64,000 nt of DNA from Candidatus Latescibacterota bacterium (GCA_965198115.1 OZ240241.1:288001-352000), one strand, 5' to 3'. Positions 51,321-61,775 are shown, counted from the first letter of the stretch. Made by a program: numbers and translations. Notes: a model not told the origin generated them from the letters alone.

Positions 51321-52783
51321 ACGCGAAGCTGAACTACCGGAATCTGCAGGAGTTCATCCAGGCCATCGACGAAGCGGGCGAACTGAAGCGTATTTCGACA
51401 GAGGTCGACCCACATCTGGAGGTGACGGAGATCGCCGATCGCGTGATGAAACGACCTGGCGGTGGGGATGCGCTCCTGTTCGAGAACGTGAAGGGGAGCG
51501 CGATTCCGTTGGGGATCAACCTGTTCGGGTCGGCTCGCCGGATGGGGATGGCCCTGGGTGTCGAAGCGCTGGACGAGATCGGAGATCGTCTGTCGAGCAT
51601 GCTAAAGCTGGAGGTGCCCGATTCGTTAATGGGCAAGCTGGCAATGCTTCCGATGCTCAAAGAGCTGGCGAGCTTCCCGCCCCGTGCTGTGCGATCCGGG
51701 CCCTGCCAGGAAGTCGTGCTCCAAGGTGAGGATGTCGATCTCTCTACGCTACCGGTGGCTACGTGCTGGCCGGAGGACGGGGGACCTTACATCACACTAC
51801 CCCTCGTGATCACGAAGGATCCCGAAACGGGGATTCGAAACGTCGGGATGTATCGGATGCAGGTGATGGATCGGAACACGACCGCGATGCACTGGCAGCG
51901 TCACAAGGTGGGTGCACACCACTTCGAGCTGGCCAAGCGCAAGGGTGAACGGCTGGAAGTCGCCGTCGCCCTCGGGGGAGATCCGGCGACGGTCTACAGC
52001 GGGTCAGCCCCCCTGCCACCGGTCGTCGACGAGTTCATCTTCACCGGATTCCTCCGACGTCGGCCGATGGAACTCGTGAAGGCGGTGACGGTCGATCTCG
52101 AAGTGCCGGCCGAAGCGGAGATCGTGCTCGAGGGATATGTGGACCCGTCTGAAGATCTGATACGGGAGGGACCGTTTGGCGATCACACGGGATTCTACTC
52201 GCTCGCGGACGACTATCCTGCGTTTCACGTGACGGCTATGACGATGCGGCGGAATCCCGTCTACCCTACGACGATCGTGGGCAAGCCCCCGATGGAGGAC
52301 TATTATCTGGGCCACGCGACGGAACGGATTTTCCTGCCGCTGACTCGCCTGATACTGCCCGAAATTGTCGACTACCATATGCCGGCCGAAGGCATCTTCC
52401 ACAACCTTGTGTTCGTGTCGATCGACAAGGCCTACCCGGGTCACGCCTACAAGGTGATGAACGGGCTCTGGGGTGCGGGGCAGATGATGCTGGCCAAGGT
52501 CATCGTCATCGTCGACAAGGACGTGAACGTGCAAGACCCGCAAGAAGCCTGGTGGGTTGCCCTGAACAATATCGATCCCGAACGCGACATCCGATTCACG
52601 CCGGGCCCGGTCGACGTACTCGACCACGCCAGCAGCGCCTTCACGTTCGGAACGAAAATGGGCATCGACGCCACGAAGAAATGGCCCGAAGAGGGCTTCG
52701 ACCGCGAGTGGCCGGAGAAGATCGTGATGAGTGATGACGTCAAAGCGAAAGTCGATAGACTCTGGAGTTCTTTGGGACTTTAG
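51317..52783 (+). CDS. ubiD: UbiD-family decarboxylase (menaquinone/futalosine pathway type)
   Basis: INLFGS, RNVGMYRMQ, EGPFGDHTGFY, GKPPMED and KMGIDATKK. Confidence 0.88.
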   Translation: MNAKLNYRNLQEFIQAIDEAGELKRISTEVDPHLEVTEIADRVMKRPGGGDALLFENVKGSAIPLGINLFGSARRMGMALGVEALDEIGDRLSSMLKLEVPDSLMGKLAMLPMLKELASFPPRAVRSGPCQEVVLQGEDVDLSTLPVATCWPEDGGPYITLPLVITKDPETGIRNVGMYRMQVMDRNTTAMHWQRHKVGAHHFELAKRKGERLEVAVALGGDPATVYSGSAPLPPVVDEFIFTGFLRRRPMELVKAVTVDLEVPAEAEIVLEGYVDPSEDLIREGPFGDHTGFYSLADDYPAFHVTAMTMRRNPVYPTTIVGKPPMEDYYLGHATERIFLPLTRLILPEIVDYHMPAEGIFHNLVFVSIDKAYPGHAYKVMNGLWGAGQMMLAKVIVIVDKDVNVQDPQEAWWVALNNIDPERDIRFTPGPVDVLDHASSAFTFGTKMGIDATKKWPEEGFDREWPEKIVMSDDVKAKVDRLWSSLGL

Positions 52784-52826
52784 CGGTGGGCTGTCGGCGG
52801 TAGATGATATACAAGGATGCGCATTC

Positions 52827-53828
52827 GTGTACGAATCTCTAGGTCAGGTGACACTGAAGAACGGGGAGGTCGTGGAGGCGGGGGTCGTAATCGGGCCCGA
52901 CCTCGAATGGGCTGATCGGGTGGAGCAGCTGCTCGGGCACAAGGGCCCGCTGTGGCGATGGGGGAATGAGGTGGTGTTGCGAGAGGCCGTGCCTGTCGAA
53001 TCCTACTTCTACCTGCTCCACCGGGACGGTGAGCCGTTCGCGAATATGTTGAACATCGAGGTCGATGGCGTCGGGATGTACGCCCACGTCTTCACGAAGC
53101 CGGAGGAGCGGCGGAAGGGGGCAGCGAGCCGCCTGCTGGATCTATTGCTCGATCATTACCGGACGCGTGGAGGACGGGCGTTGGTACTCGGAACAGGCTA
53201 CGACTCTCCGCCCTACCACATCTATGCACGTGGCGGCTTCGAAGGGATCGAGGCGGAAAGCGGGAATATGGCCTACTACCCGGATGGTGAGAAAGCGTTT
53301 TACGAGACCTACTTCGCCGGTCAGGCGATGAGCGTTTCACGGCTGGGCTGGCAACACTGGCCCCCTTCCATCCCTCTGTTCATTGGCGACTATCCGGGCG
53401 TGGTTCGTTCAGCCGTGATGGGGATTCTGAGACGCCGGTCGACGGAGGGCCCGATCGTGGACCGGATGAAGAGCGAGCTGGCGAGGCGGGAGCGAGGGGC
53501 GGGGACCCAGACGGCGGTCTTAACGGGTAACGACACAGGGGCGGTCTTCGGGCTATCGACATTCGACGAACATCCGATCTGGCCACGGACCCTGCTCGTG
53601 GATGTCTACTGCCATCCTGATGCGTGGGATCGCGGCGCCGGAATCCTGGACGCGCTGGAGCTGGACCGGGCGGATCGAACGATTGTCTACTGCGATGAGG
53701 GACTGGCGGAGAAGGAGGCCATTCTGGAAGCGGCCGGCTTCCGGCCGTCGGTGACGTTCAACCAGCGCGTGGCCGTCGATGCCGCTTGTACCGGCTTCGT
53801 GAATGTGCGGGAGTGGGAGCGGGTGTGA
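52827..53828 (+). CDS. GNAT-family acetyltransferase (extended)
   Basis: HVFTKPEERRKGAASRLL and LGTGYDSPPYHIYARGGF. Confidence 0.78.
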   Translation: MYESLGQVTLKNGEVVEAGVVIGPDLEWADRVEQLLGHKGPLWRWGNEVVLREAVPVESYFYLLHRDGEPFANMLNIEVDGVGMYAHVFTKPEERRKGAASRLLDLLLDHYRTRGGRALVLGTGYDSPPYHIYARGGFEGIEAESGNMAYYPDGEKAFYETYFAGQAMSVSRLGWQHWPPSIPLFIGDYPGVVRSAVMGILRRRSTEGPIVDRMKSELARRERGAGTQTAVLTGNDTGAVFGLSTFDEHPIWPRTLLVDVYCHPDAWDRGAGILDALELDRADRTIVYCDEGLAEKEAILEAAGFRPSVTFNQRVAVDAACTGFVNVREWERV

Positions 53829-53913
53829 TAGGCGCGCTCAGTTGTTCGAAACAGACGTGCGAAAGTAGGAGCCGAGGGGCAGACCGAATTGGTCTCGCCC
53901 CTTTTCTGTGGGG

Positions 53914-54423
53914 CTAGCGTCGACCGAGAAGGAGTCCGATTCCGAAGGCTACGCCACCCGCAATGAGAGTCCCTGCTGACGGCTGAGGGCCCCGCTTTGA
54001 CGAATGGCGGCTGGGGGTAACGACAGGATCCTCGGGATCTGTGGCTAGAAATACATCGGCCCCGGAGGGCGCCTTCACTCGACGTTCCAGCGTCTCGATG
54101 TCGAGCAAATCCCTTTCGATCAACTCGTCGAGCAGGGCGTCGACGGACCCTGAATAGTGGCGCTCGAGGAGCTTGGGCAGCGCATCGCCGTCGACCTCCT
54201 CCCGACTCAAGCCGGCCCGATAGCGCTTCCGATAGGTGGAACCGTCGTCGACGATCAGCCCCCGTTCGGCCATAATCTGGAGCAGTGATCGCACCGTGCT
54301 GGCGGTGGGTGCGTCTGGCAGGGCGCTGCAGATGTCGCCGCTCGTAGCCTCTCCCCGCGACCACAAGACGTCCAGGATCTCCCTCTGCCGTTTGGTGATC
54401 TCGTCTGACATTCCCATTTCCAT
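53914..54423 (-). CDS. BlaI/MecI/CopY-family regulator with C-terminal hydrophobic tail
   Basis: ITKRQREILDVLWSRGEATSGDI...STVRSLLQIMAERGLI; tail TLIAGGVAFGIGLLLGRR. Confidence 0.8.
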   Translation of the reverse strand: MEMGMSDEITKRQREILDVLWSRGEATSGDICSALPDAPTASTVRSLLQIMAERGLIVDDGSTYRKRYRAGLSREEVDGDALPKLLERHYSGSVDALLDELIERDLLDIETLERRVKAPSGADVFLATDPEDPVVTPSRHSSKRGPQPSAGTLIAGGVAFGIGLLLGRR

Positions 54424-54479
54424 CTGTGTAAATGCTTGTAAATGAGGATTATCGAATCTTAGGACTTTTCGTCGGGTAT

Positions 54480-54642
54480 GTCCAATGGATTCGCGTTGTG
54501 TTGGAATCCAGCCAGAACGCTCTGATGTCCAATGGATTCGCGGTTATTTCCATGGAGGAATGAAACGTCCAATGAGTTCGCGTTTGTTAAAAGTGGCCTG
54601 AGGCCACTGTTAAGACGGTTGAAAACGTCCAATCCGTACGCG
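54480..54642. repeat. Four spaced 16-bp direct repeats, consensus GTCCAATGGATTCGCG
   Basis: Copies at 54480, 54527, 54567 (GTCCAATGAGTTCGCG) and 54627 (GTCCAATCCGTACGCG); spacers 31, 24 and 44 nt. Confidence 0.8.
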
Positions 54643-54661
54643 GTCAGGTTTTAGGCCCATT

Positions 54662-56047
54662 TCAGGGGGAAAGGACATCCGTGCGGAGGTTGGCGAGAAG
54701 CTCGAAGGAGGCCCCCGCGTCGATGCTCCGGTAGAGGCTGAAGCCCTCAGCGATCGCGAAGACGGTATCGGGAGCGCTCGGGGAAAAAACGATGTCGGTG
54801 ACGGTGTTGTCCGCGGTGTGGACGAGGGCCACCGTTTGAACGCCATCGAACGATCGGTAGAGGTTGGCCGTGCTGCCGTAAACGACGATCTGCGGGTCGG
54901 CGGGAGAGACGGCCACGGGACCGTTGGTCTGGTTGATTTCGGTCGTGAACCAGGAGACCCCGGCATCCTGAGAGATGAGCATTCGGAACGAGTTCCGCTC
55001 GTGGGCGTAGATCACCCGTCCATCGTGGCTGACGTCGAACGACCCGATGGACTTTTCCGTGTGCTCGGGAGCGAAGGAAGTCCAGCTGGCGCCGTCAAGC
55101 GATCCGCGGTAGAAGCCCACGTTTCTTTCCGGGTCGTTGAAGACCGACCCGAATGTCAGAAAGCCATCTTCGATCCGACGCATCCAGATGTATCCGTTCA
55201 GACGATCGTTTTCTCCCAGGTCGGCGCGCGTCCAGCAGGCGCCGCCGTTGTCCGATCGAAAAATCCCGCCATCGAAGAATTGCCCGGCCAACTGGGTGAA
55301 CGAGGGCTCTCCACCCTCAATCCCTATGACGACGATGTTGGGATTCTCGGGATGGACCTGCACCGAAGTGACCCGTGAGTTCTCGAGCCCACAATTTCGC
55401 CGTTGCCACGTGTCGCCGCCGTCCGCACTCCGGTAGACGCCCCCGATAGCGCTCGGGAAATCCCCCACGACCGGCCCGGGGGAGTCGAGCGTGGCGGCGT
55501 AGACGACAGATGGATCGCTCGGGGCGTAGGCGATGTCCCAGATTTCGGCGTAGCCGCCGTTGAAGTGTCGGAGGCCGTGGCGATGACGGGTCCACGTCTG
55601 ACCACCGTCCGTGGTTCTGACGAATCCGTTTCGTTCGGTCCCGATGAGCAGAGTGAAAGCGTCCGACGGGTGGACGGTCAGGGCGCGGAAGGCGTTGTCG
55701 TGATCGGGGCCTGCGGGTCCATCCGGTCCGTCGATGATCTCGCCCCCGTTGCCCAGATCGTTGCCGCAGTCGACGGTCTGACCGAATTCGAGCACGAACA
55801 GGACAAAGTCGCCGAAACCGACTGACCCGTCGGCTTCGAGGTCAAACCGGTCGTCAAAATCGGGCGATACGGATGTGGTTCCGAAGGCGCCAGCGAAGAG
55901 GACGAAGTCGTCCAATCCAACGATGCCGTCGGAGGTGAAGTCGGCCTGGAAGGGCGAGGCGCACAGCGTGGCGGAGAGGAGCAGCAGGAGGCTGACGCAG
56001 AGCAGGAGGCGTGTTGGAGCGTCAGTCAGCAGCGTTTTCCTGGACAT
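54662..56047 (-). CDS. Secreted protein: dockerin/EF-hand-like domain plus BNR/VPS10-like beta-propeller
   Basis: Signal peptide; ADFTSDGIVGLDDFVLFAGAFG...FDLEADGSVGFGDFVLF; repeated RSxDGGxxW. Confidence 0.8.
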   Translation of the reverse strand: MSRKTLLTDAPTRLLLCVSLLLLLSATLCASPFQADFTSDGIVGLDDFVLFAGAFGTTSVSPDFDDRFDLEADGSVGFGDFVLFVLEFGQTVDCGNDLGNGGEIIDGPDGPAGPDHDNAFRALTVHPSDAFTLLIGTERNGFVRTTDGGQTWTRHRHGLRHFNGGYAEIWDIAYAPSDPSVVYAATLDSPGPVVGDFPSAIGGVYRSADGGDTWQRRNCGLENSRVTSVQVHPENPNIVVIGIEGGEPSFTQLAGQFFDGGIFRSDNGGACWTRADLGENDRLNGYIWMRRIEDGFLTFGSVFNDPERNVGFYRGSLDGASWTSFAPEHTEKSIGSFDVSHDGRVIYAHERNSFRMLISQDAGVSWFTTEINQTNGPVAVSPADPQIVVYGSTANLYRSFDGVQTVALVHTADNTVTDIVFSPSAPDTVFAIAEGFSLYRSIDAGASFELLANLRTDVLSP

Positions 56048-57791
56048 TGCGAAAGATGCCCCACTCCCGGGTGAGGTCCTGGCTCTGCACCATTCGTGAA
56101 TAGAGCCCGTTCGTCGCCATCAGGGAGACGTGCGATCCGGATTCGACGATTCGACCGTCGTCGAGGACGATGATCTTGTCCGCGCTGCGAACCGTGGACA
56201 GTCGGTGAGCGATGACGACGGACGTGCGGTTCCGGGCCAGGCGTGTGATGGCCTGCTGGATGAGGGCTTCGGTTTCGGCATCGACGGAGGAGGTGGCTTC
56301 GTCGAGAATGAGGATCGGAGCGTTCTTCAGCACTGCTCGAGCGATCGACAGTCGCTGTTTCTGACCGCCAGACAGACGTACGCCGCGTTCGCCGATCACG
56401 GCGTCGTAGCCATCGGGAAAGTCGAGGATGAATCTCTCCGCGTTGGCGGTCTGAGCCGCCTGGATGACGTCCTGATCGGGGGCGTCGGGCCGGCCGAACA
56501 GGATGTTCTCCCTGACGGTGCCGTGGAACAGAAAAACATCCTGCAGGACGGGCGCCACGTTGCCACGAAGGAATTCCAGCTTGAGAGACCGGACGTCGTG
56601 TCCGCCGACCCGAACGACGCCGGACTGGACATCCCAGAAGCGTGGGATGAGGTTGGAAATCGTCGTTTTTCCGGCTCCCGTGGGGCCCACGAGGGCAACG
56701 ACTTCACCGGGCGCGACGTCGAACGTGACGTCTTTGATGACGGGTGTTTCGGGCTCGTAGCCGAAGGTGACGTGGTCGAAGGCAATGTTGTAATCGGTGC
56801 GAGACGGAGCGATGGCGTTGGGGGCGTCGACGATGTCGGGTTCTTCGGCCAGGAGCTGAAACACCCGATCGATGCTGGCCGCGGCTTTTTGAAGGACGTC
56901 GTTGATCGAAGCGAGGGCCAGGAACGGTTGGTAGATGTGGGCCATATAAACGATGAAGACGAACAGGTCGGCTACGCTGATGCGGCCCTGGAGGGCCATA
57001 TCGCCGCCCGTCCAGATAACGAGGACGATGCCGACGCCACCCGCCGCTTCGATGATGCCGGAAGGCAGGAGGGAAATCGTGTTGGCCCGAATCATCTCGT
57101 CCCGGAACCGGTTGCTTCGCGACTGGATGAGATCGGCGCGTCGTTTCTCCTGTGTGAAGGCTTTGATGACGGCGATTCCCGACAGGTTGTCCTGAACGAG
57201 GGCGCCCAATTCCGAGAGACGTTCTCGAATACCGTGCCACATCAGGCGAACGCGGGAGACGTAGCGGTAGACGAGCCACCCGGCGAGCGGAACGGGCACG
57301 AGCACGATGAACGCCAGCTCGGGATTCAGCACAAAGAGGACGGTCATCATCGATATGGGGATGATGGCCGCCAGTACCGTCTCTGGAATGCCGTGGGCGA
57401 TGAAATCTTCGATGGCTTCGACGTCGTTGATCGATCGAGTGATCAGGCTCCCTGTGCGCTGATCGTTGAAGAAGCGGTGCGGCAGACGCTGGAGATGCCG
57501 ATAGATCCGGTTCGTCAGGTCGTGCATGACCCGATAGGCCGTTACGTGAGAAAAAAATCCATAACCGTAACGCGTGGCGCCCCGAATCAGGTAGACACCG
57601 AAGAGCAACACGGTCACGCTGAGGAGGTCGGATGTTTCTGCGCCACCCTCGGTGATCCACCGGATCAAGCGTCGTATCAGAAGGGGCGGGATGAGGTTGG
57701 CGCCGGCGAAGAGGAGGCCGCACACGATCGACCACGTCATGAAAAGTCTGCGTCCCCGGAGGACTTCATACACGTTCTTCAAAAATTTCAA
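56022..57791 (-). CDS. ABC transporter, fused permease/ATPase (MsbA-like exporter)
   Basis: TM domain; GPTGAGKTT, LSGGQKQR, ILDEATS and IAHRLS. Confidence 0.92.
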   Translation of the reverse strand: MKFLKNVYEVLRGRRLFMTWSIVCGLLFAGANLIPPLLIRRLIRWITEGGAETSDLLSVTVLLFGVYLIRGATRYGYGFFSHVTAYRVMHDLTNRIYRHLQRLPHRFFNDQRTGSLITRSINDVEAIEDFIAHGIPETVLAAIIPISMMTVLFVLNPELAFIVLVPVPLAGWLVYRYVSRVRLMWHGIRERLSELGALVQDNLSGIAVIKAFTQEKRRADLIQSRSNRFRDEMIRANTISLLPSGIIEAAGGVGIVLVIWTGGDMALQGRISVADLFVFIVYMAHIYQPFLALASINDVLQKAAASIDRVFQLLAEEPDIVDAPNAIAPSRTDYNIAFDHVTFGYEPETPVIKDVTFDVAPGEVVALVGPTGAGKTTISNLIPRFWDVQSGVVRVGGHDVRSLKLEFLRGNVAPVLQDVFLFHGTVRENILFGRPDAPDQDVIQAAQTANAERFILDFPDGYDAVIGERGVRLSGGQKQRLSIARAVLKNAPILILDEATSSVDAETEALIQQAITRLARNRTSVVIAHRLSTVRSADKIIVLDDGRIVESGSHVSLMATNGLYSRMVQSQDLTREWGIFRNVQENAAD

Positions 57792-57976
57792 CGATTCGGC
57801 CTTTCATTCGAGTGGATGACCAAGCTTAGCGACATCGCCCCGATTCTGTCAAATTCTTTGGTCCTGCCGTCTGTCGTCTTTGGTGTTGTTCCGGTCTGTC
57901 TTCGCATCTATATTAGGGTCACCTGCGGGGTGCTGAAAAATGAACATAACACATTGTTTTTAGGAAGTTTATGTCG

Positions 57977-59489
57977 TGACAGACGATAAAGCGGACAATT
58001 CTTCGACTGGGTCGCGTATCCTTTTAAAAACATAGGGTTGTATCTTGGAAGCGTCTTCCTGATCACCTTTTACGGTGTCCAGGTCTGTCCTTTTCTGGAA
58101 CAGCTCAACGTTCCGGAACTGGTCGGCGAGATCGCGGTCGCCTTCGCTCTGGTTTTCTGGGTCAAGTCGTGGGTCTTCGGCCGCGCCTGTCATTTGGACG
58201 ACGATCGGACATCCACCCTGGAGAAGCCCTGGGTCGCCCTGAGGTCGGAATTGCTGGCGTGGCTCGCCGTGGGGATCGCGCTCGGTCTGTGGAACGAATT
58301 CCGCTACGACTTCCCGATCGAAAGCGGTCTGAAGCTGGTGATGGGCGCGATTACCGTGGGCATCTTCAGCTCGACCTACCTGGCACTCGACGTCGAGCAC
58401 GCACTCATCCTCTCCTGTGCCCAGCGCTCCGACATCGACCGGATTCGTCAGGGTCGTTTCTTCTCGATCACCACGAAGTTCATGATTTTCGTCTGCGCCT
58501 CTTTCGTCGTATTCGCCGTCGTCATCATGCTCCTGATCTACAAAGATTTTCTGACGATGATCGAGTCTTACGAAACGATGATGGCATTCCAGTTCAGATG
58601 GGTGGTTCAAGAAATGCTCTATGTGTTCGCCGTGCTGCTCGGCGGGAGCTTCTTGGCCGCAAGACACTACTGCCGAAACCTGGAGCTGATGTTCGACCTG
58701 GAGTTGAAGGCTCTCTCCGCGGTAGAGTCAGGAAACTATGACTCTTTCGTGCCCGTGGTGAGTCGCGACGAGTTTAGCCAGATCGCGCGTCATACGAACG
58801 AGATGATCGAAGGGCTGCGGGATCGGGAACGCATCAAGCGGTCGTTCGGAAAGTATCTGAGCCCGACGGTCGCAGAGTCGATTCTGAGCAGCGAGGAGGA
58901 GACGAATCTGGGTGGACGCGAGGTGGAGGTGGCGGTCCTGTTCACGGATCTTCGGGACTTCACGCCCTATTCGGAATCGTGTCCACCGCAGGAGCTGATC
59001 GAGATCCTGAACGATTACTTCACGATGGTGGTCGACCAGGTTCACGGGCACGATGGCATTCTGGACAAGTTCATTGGAGACGCGGCGATGGCGGTGTTCG
59101 GGCTCGCATCGGGAGAACGCAACGCTTGCGACGATGCGCTCGAAACAAGTCTGGAAATCCGGAACGGGTTGGAGGATCTGAACGAGAAGCTGGTCGGCCG
59201 GGGTTTGACACCGCTTAGGAATGGCGTGGGCATCCATTTCGGAAACGTCGTAGCCGGGAACATCGGCTCCGAAGAGCGGTTGGAGTACACCGTGATCGGC
59301 GATACGGTCAACACGGCGTCGCGGTTGGAAGGTGCGACGAAGGACCTGCCCACGCCGATCGCGATGTCGATCGAAGCCTACGAGCATCTGAGCCATCGGA
59401 ACAGGGATCGACTGACGCAAATCGGCGAAGTCGCCCTGAAGGGGAAGTCACAGCCACTCACGGTCTATGGACTGCCGGCGGCCGCCTAG
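57977..59489 (+). CDS. Membrane adenylate/guanylate cyclase with HAMP domain (probable 5' homopolymer frameshift near 58025)
   Basis: Six TMs; SRDEF, FGKYLSP, LFTDLRDFT, DKFIGDAAMAVFG and EYTVIGDTVNTASRLE. Confidence 0.88.
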
Positions 59490-59634
59490 TAAGAAAGTGT
59501 TCAGTGTTCGGTGTTCGGGAAACCCGCGCACCATAGCAGTTGCGATCGACTCGGAGTCCGGTCGTGAAGTGAACGTAGGTGCGGTGTAGAACTAACGCGA
59601 AACAGGACAGATCGCTGGGCTAGGTGAACGATCG

Positions 59635-60654
59635 ATGACGACCGCGACGGACCACATCGAAACGGAAGCGCAGCTGATCGACCAGATGACGACACCGTCC
59701 CCGGAGGTCAAGGCGGCCGTTCGAGCGCTCGACGGGGACATCGCGATTCTGGGGATTTCCGGGAAGATGGGACCGACGCTCGGAGAGCTCCTGGTGAGAG
59801 CGGGGGCGTCGCGCATCATCGGAGTGTCACGGTTTTCGGACCCCGATGCGCAGGCCGATCTCGAAGCGCGAGGGATCGAAACGCGCAAGGCCGACCTTCT
59901 CGACGACGAGACGCTGAATGCGCTGCCGGATGTCCCCTACGTCTACCTGATGGCCGGGCACAAGTTCGGATCGACCGGGAACGAGTCGCTGACCTGGGCG
60001 ATGAACGCACTCCTGCCGGCGAAGGTGATGAAGCGCTACCCCGCCGCCAAGGTGGTCTACGTCTCATCGGGCAACGTCTATCGCTTCACGCCAGTCGATC
60101 GGGGGGCGATCGAGACCGACCCGGTCGATCCGATCGGAGAATACGCTCAGTCCAGATTGGGTGGGGAGCGTGTGGCCGAACACCTTTCGGCGTCGCAGGG
60201 AACGGACCTCGCCATCATCCGTCTGTTTTACGCGACTGAACTGCGATACGGGATTCTTCTGGACATCGGTCAACGCGTTCTGGCCGATGAGACGATCGAT
60301 CTGTCGATGGGATACGTGAACCAGATCTGGCAGGGCGACGCCAACGCCTACCTGGCCCGCTCGTTCCCGCTGTGTGGAACACCGGCACGAATCTGGAATA
60401 TGACGGGGGCTGAAATCCTGTCGGTGAGGGATATGGCCGAGCAGTTCGGGGCGCGCTTGGGGCGTAAACCCAAGTTTGCGGGCGAGGAGGAGCCCACGGC
60501 CCTGCTGGGAGACGCCTCCGCGATGTTGGACCGACTGGGACCTCCCAAGGTCGGTTTGGACGAGATGGTGACGTGGGTGGCGGGCTGGCTGGAACGGGAC
60601 GGCCGGACGCTGGGGAAACCGACCAAATACGAGTCCCGATCCGGGAGATTTTAG
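59635..60654 (+). CDS. NAD-dependent epimerase/dehydratase
   Basis: ILGISGKMG, SSGNVY and GEYAQSRLGGER. Confidence 0.85.
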   Translation: MTTATDHIETEAQLIDQMTTPSPEVKAAVRALDGDIAILGISGKMGPTLGELLVRAGASRIIGVSRFSDPDAQADLEARGIETRKADLLDDETLNALPDVPYVYLMAGHKFGSTGNESLTWAMNALLPAKVMKRYPAAKVVYVSSGNVYRFTPVDRGAIETDPVDPIGEYAQSRLGGERVAEHLSASQGTDLAIIRLFYATELRYGILLDIGQRVLADETIDLSMGYVNQIWQGDANAYLARSFPLCGTPARIWNMTGAEILSVRDMAEQFGARLGRKPKFAGEEEPTALLGDASAMLDRLGPPKVGLDEMVTWVAGWLERDGRTLGKPTKYESRSGRF

Positions 60655-60662
60655 GCTGTCCG

Positions 60663-61775
60663 ATGAAGTTTAGCGATCTGGTTCTTGCCCCTGACATTCA
60701 GCAGTCCCTCGCCGATATGGGCTATGACGATATGACGCCCATCCAGGAGTCGGCGATTCCTCACATTCTCGAGGGCAAGGATCTGATCGGACTGGCGGAG
60801 ACAGGGTCGGGCAAGACCGGCGCCTGCGCCGTACCGCTCGTGCAGATGGTCGATCCCGATCTGTCGGAGTTGCAGGCTCTGATTCTGGTGCCGACGCGGG
60901 AGCTCGCACAGCAGTATGTGTCCGAGATTGCAAAAGTCTCCCACCACACGAACGTGGCGCCTTTTGCGATGTTCGGTGGGTTCGACATGGACATCCAGCG
61001 GGCCAAGCTCAAGCACGGTGTGCATATTCTGGTCGCAACACCCGGTCGTCTGATCGACTTCGTCTGGAACAACCCGCTGCCGCTCAACCATATCCGGACG
61101 GTGGTTCTGGACGAGGCGGACGAGATGATGAAGATGGGGTTCATCGAGAACGTGGACTTCATCTTCTCGTGTATGATGCACGATCACCAGACCCTGCTGT
61201 TTTCGGCCACGATGCCGAAGGAAGTGAAGCGTCTGGCCGAAGCCTATCAGACGGACCCGGTTCGTATCGAGCTCAACCGCGACCAGGTCGCGCCCCAGTC
61301 GCTGCGGCATTGCTTTACGGTGATTCGGGAAGACGATCGTCTCGATTCGTTGAAGCGGTATCTGAAGCGCGAAGACATCCGGCAGGCGATCCTGTTTTGC
61401 AATTCCCGGACGGGGAGCAGTCGCCTGCTCAGAGACCTTCGCGGCGCCTTCGATTCGGTTGAAATCATCCACGGGGGGCTCGAACAGCCCCAGCGGACGT
61501 CGATTTTCAACCGGTTTCGATCGATGGACATCAAGCTACTCGTGGCGACCGATGTGGCGGCACGCGGTCTGGATTTCGATCACGTGAGTCACGTGATCAA
61601 TTACGAGTATCCGCACACCGAGCTAATTTATACCCATCGGACGGGTCGCGCCGGCCGTATGGGTCGAGAAGGCATCGCGATGACTTTCCTCACGCGACGG
61701 GATTTGGGCGGAATGCGACGACTCATTCAGACGACACGGCTCGAGCCAGAGTGGCTAGGTGATGTCCCGATCTGA
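60663..61775 (+). CDS. DEAD-box RNA helicase (core only)
   Basis: TPIQ, AETGSGKT, PTRELA, TPGR, DEAD, SAT, ARGLD and HRTGRAGR. Confidence 0.93.
   Translation: MKFSDLVLAPDIQQSLADMGYDDMTPIQESAIPHILEGKDLIGLAETGSGKTGACAVPLVQMVDPDLSELQALILVPTRELAQQYVSEIAKVSHHTNVAPFAMFGGFDMDIQRAKLKHGVHILVATPGRLIDFVWNNPLPLNHIRTVVLDEADEMMKMGFIENVDFIFSCMMHDHQTLLFSATMPKEVKRLAEAYQTDPVRIELNRDQVAPQSLRHCFTVIREDDRLDSLKRYLKREDIRQAILFCNSRTGSSRLLRDLRGAFDSVEIIHGGLEQPQRTSIFNRFRSMDIKLLVATDVAARGLDFDHVSHVINYEYPHTELIYTHRTGRAGRMGREGIAMTFLTRRDLGGMRRLIQTTRLEPEWLGDVPI

Noticed and set aside
50700-52783. Functional mocA-ubiD coupling as a new pathway
   Set aside because: The ATGA overlap alone is weak evidence; both look like ordinary family members.
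54480-54642. CRISPR array call
   Set aside because: The 16-bp repeat is too short, spacers are uneven (24-44 nt) and no cas genes are present; kept only as an unexplained repeat.
56130-57989. 619-aa plus-strand ORF
   Set aside because: Antisense shadow of the ABC transporter.
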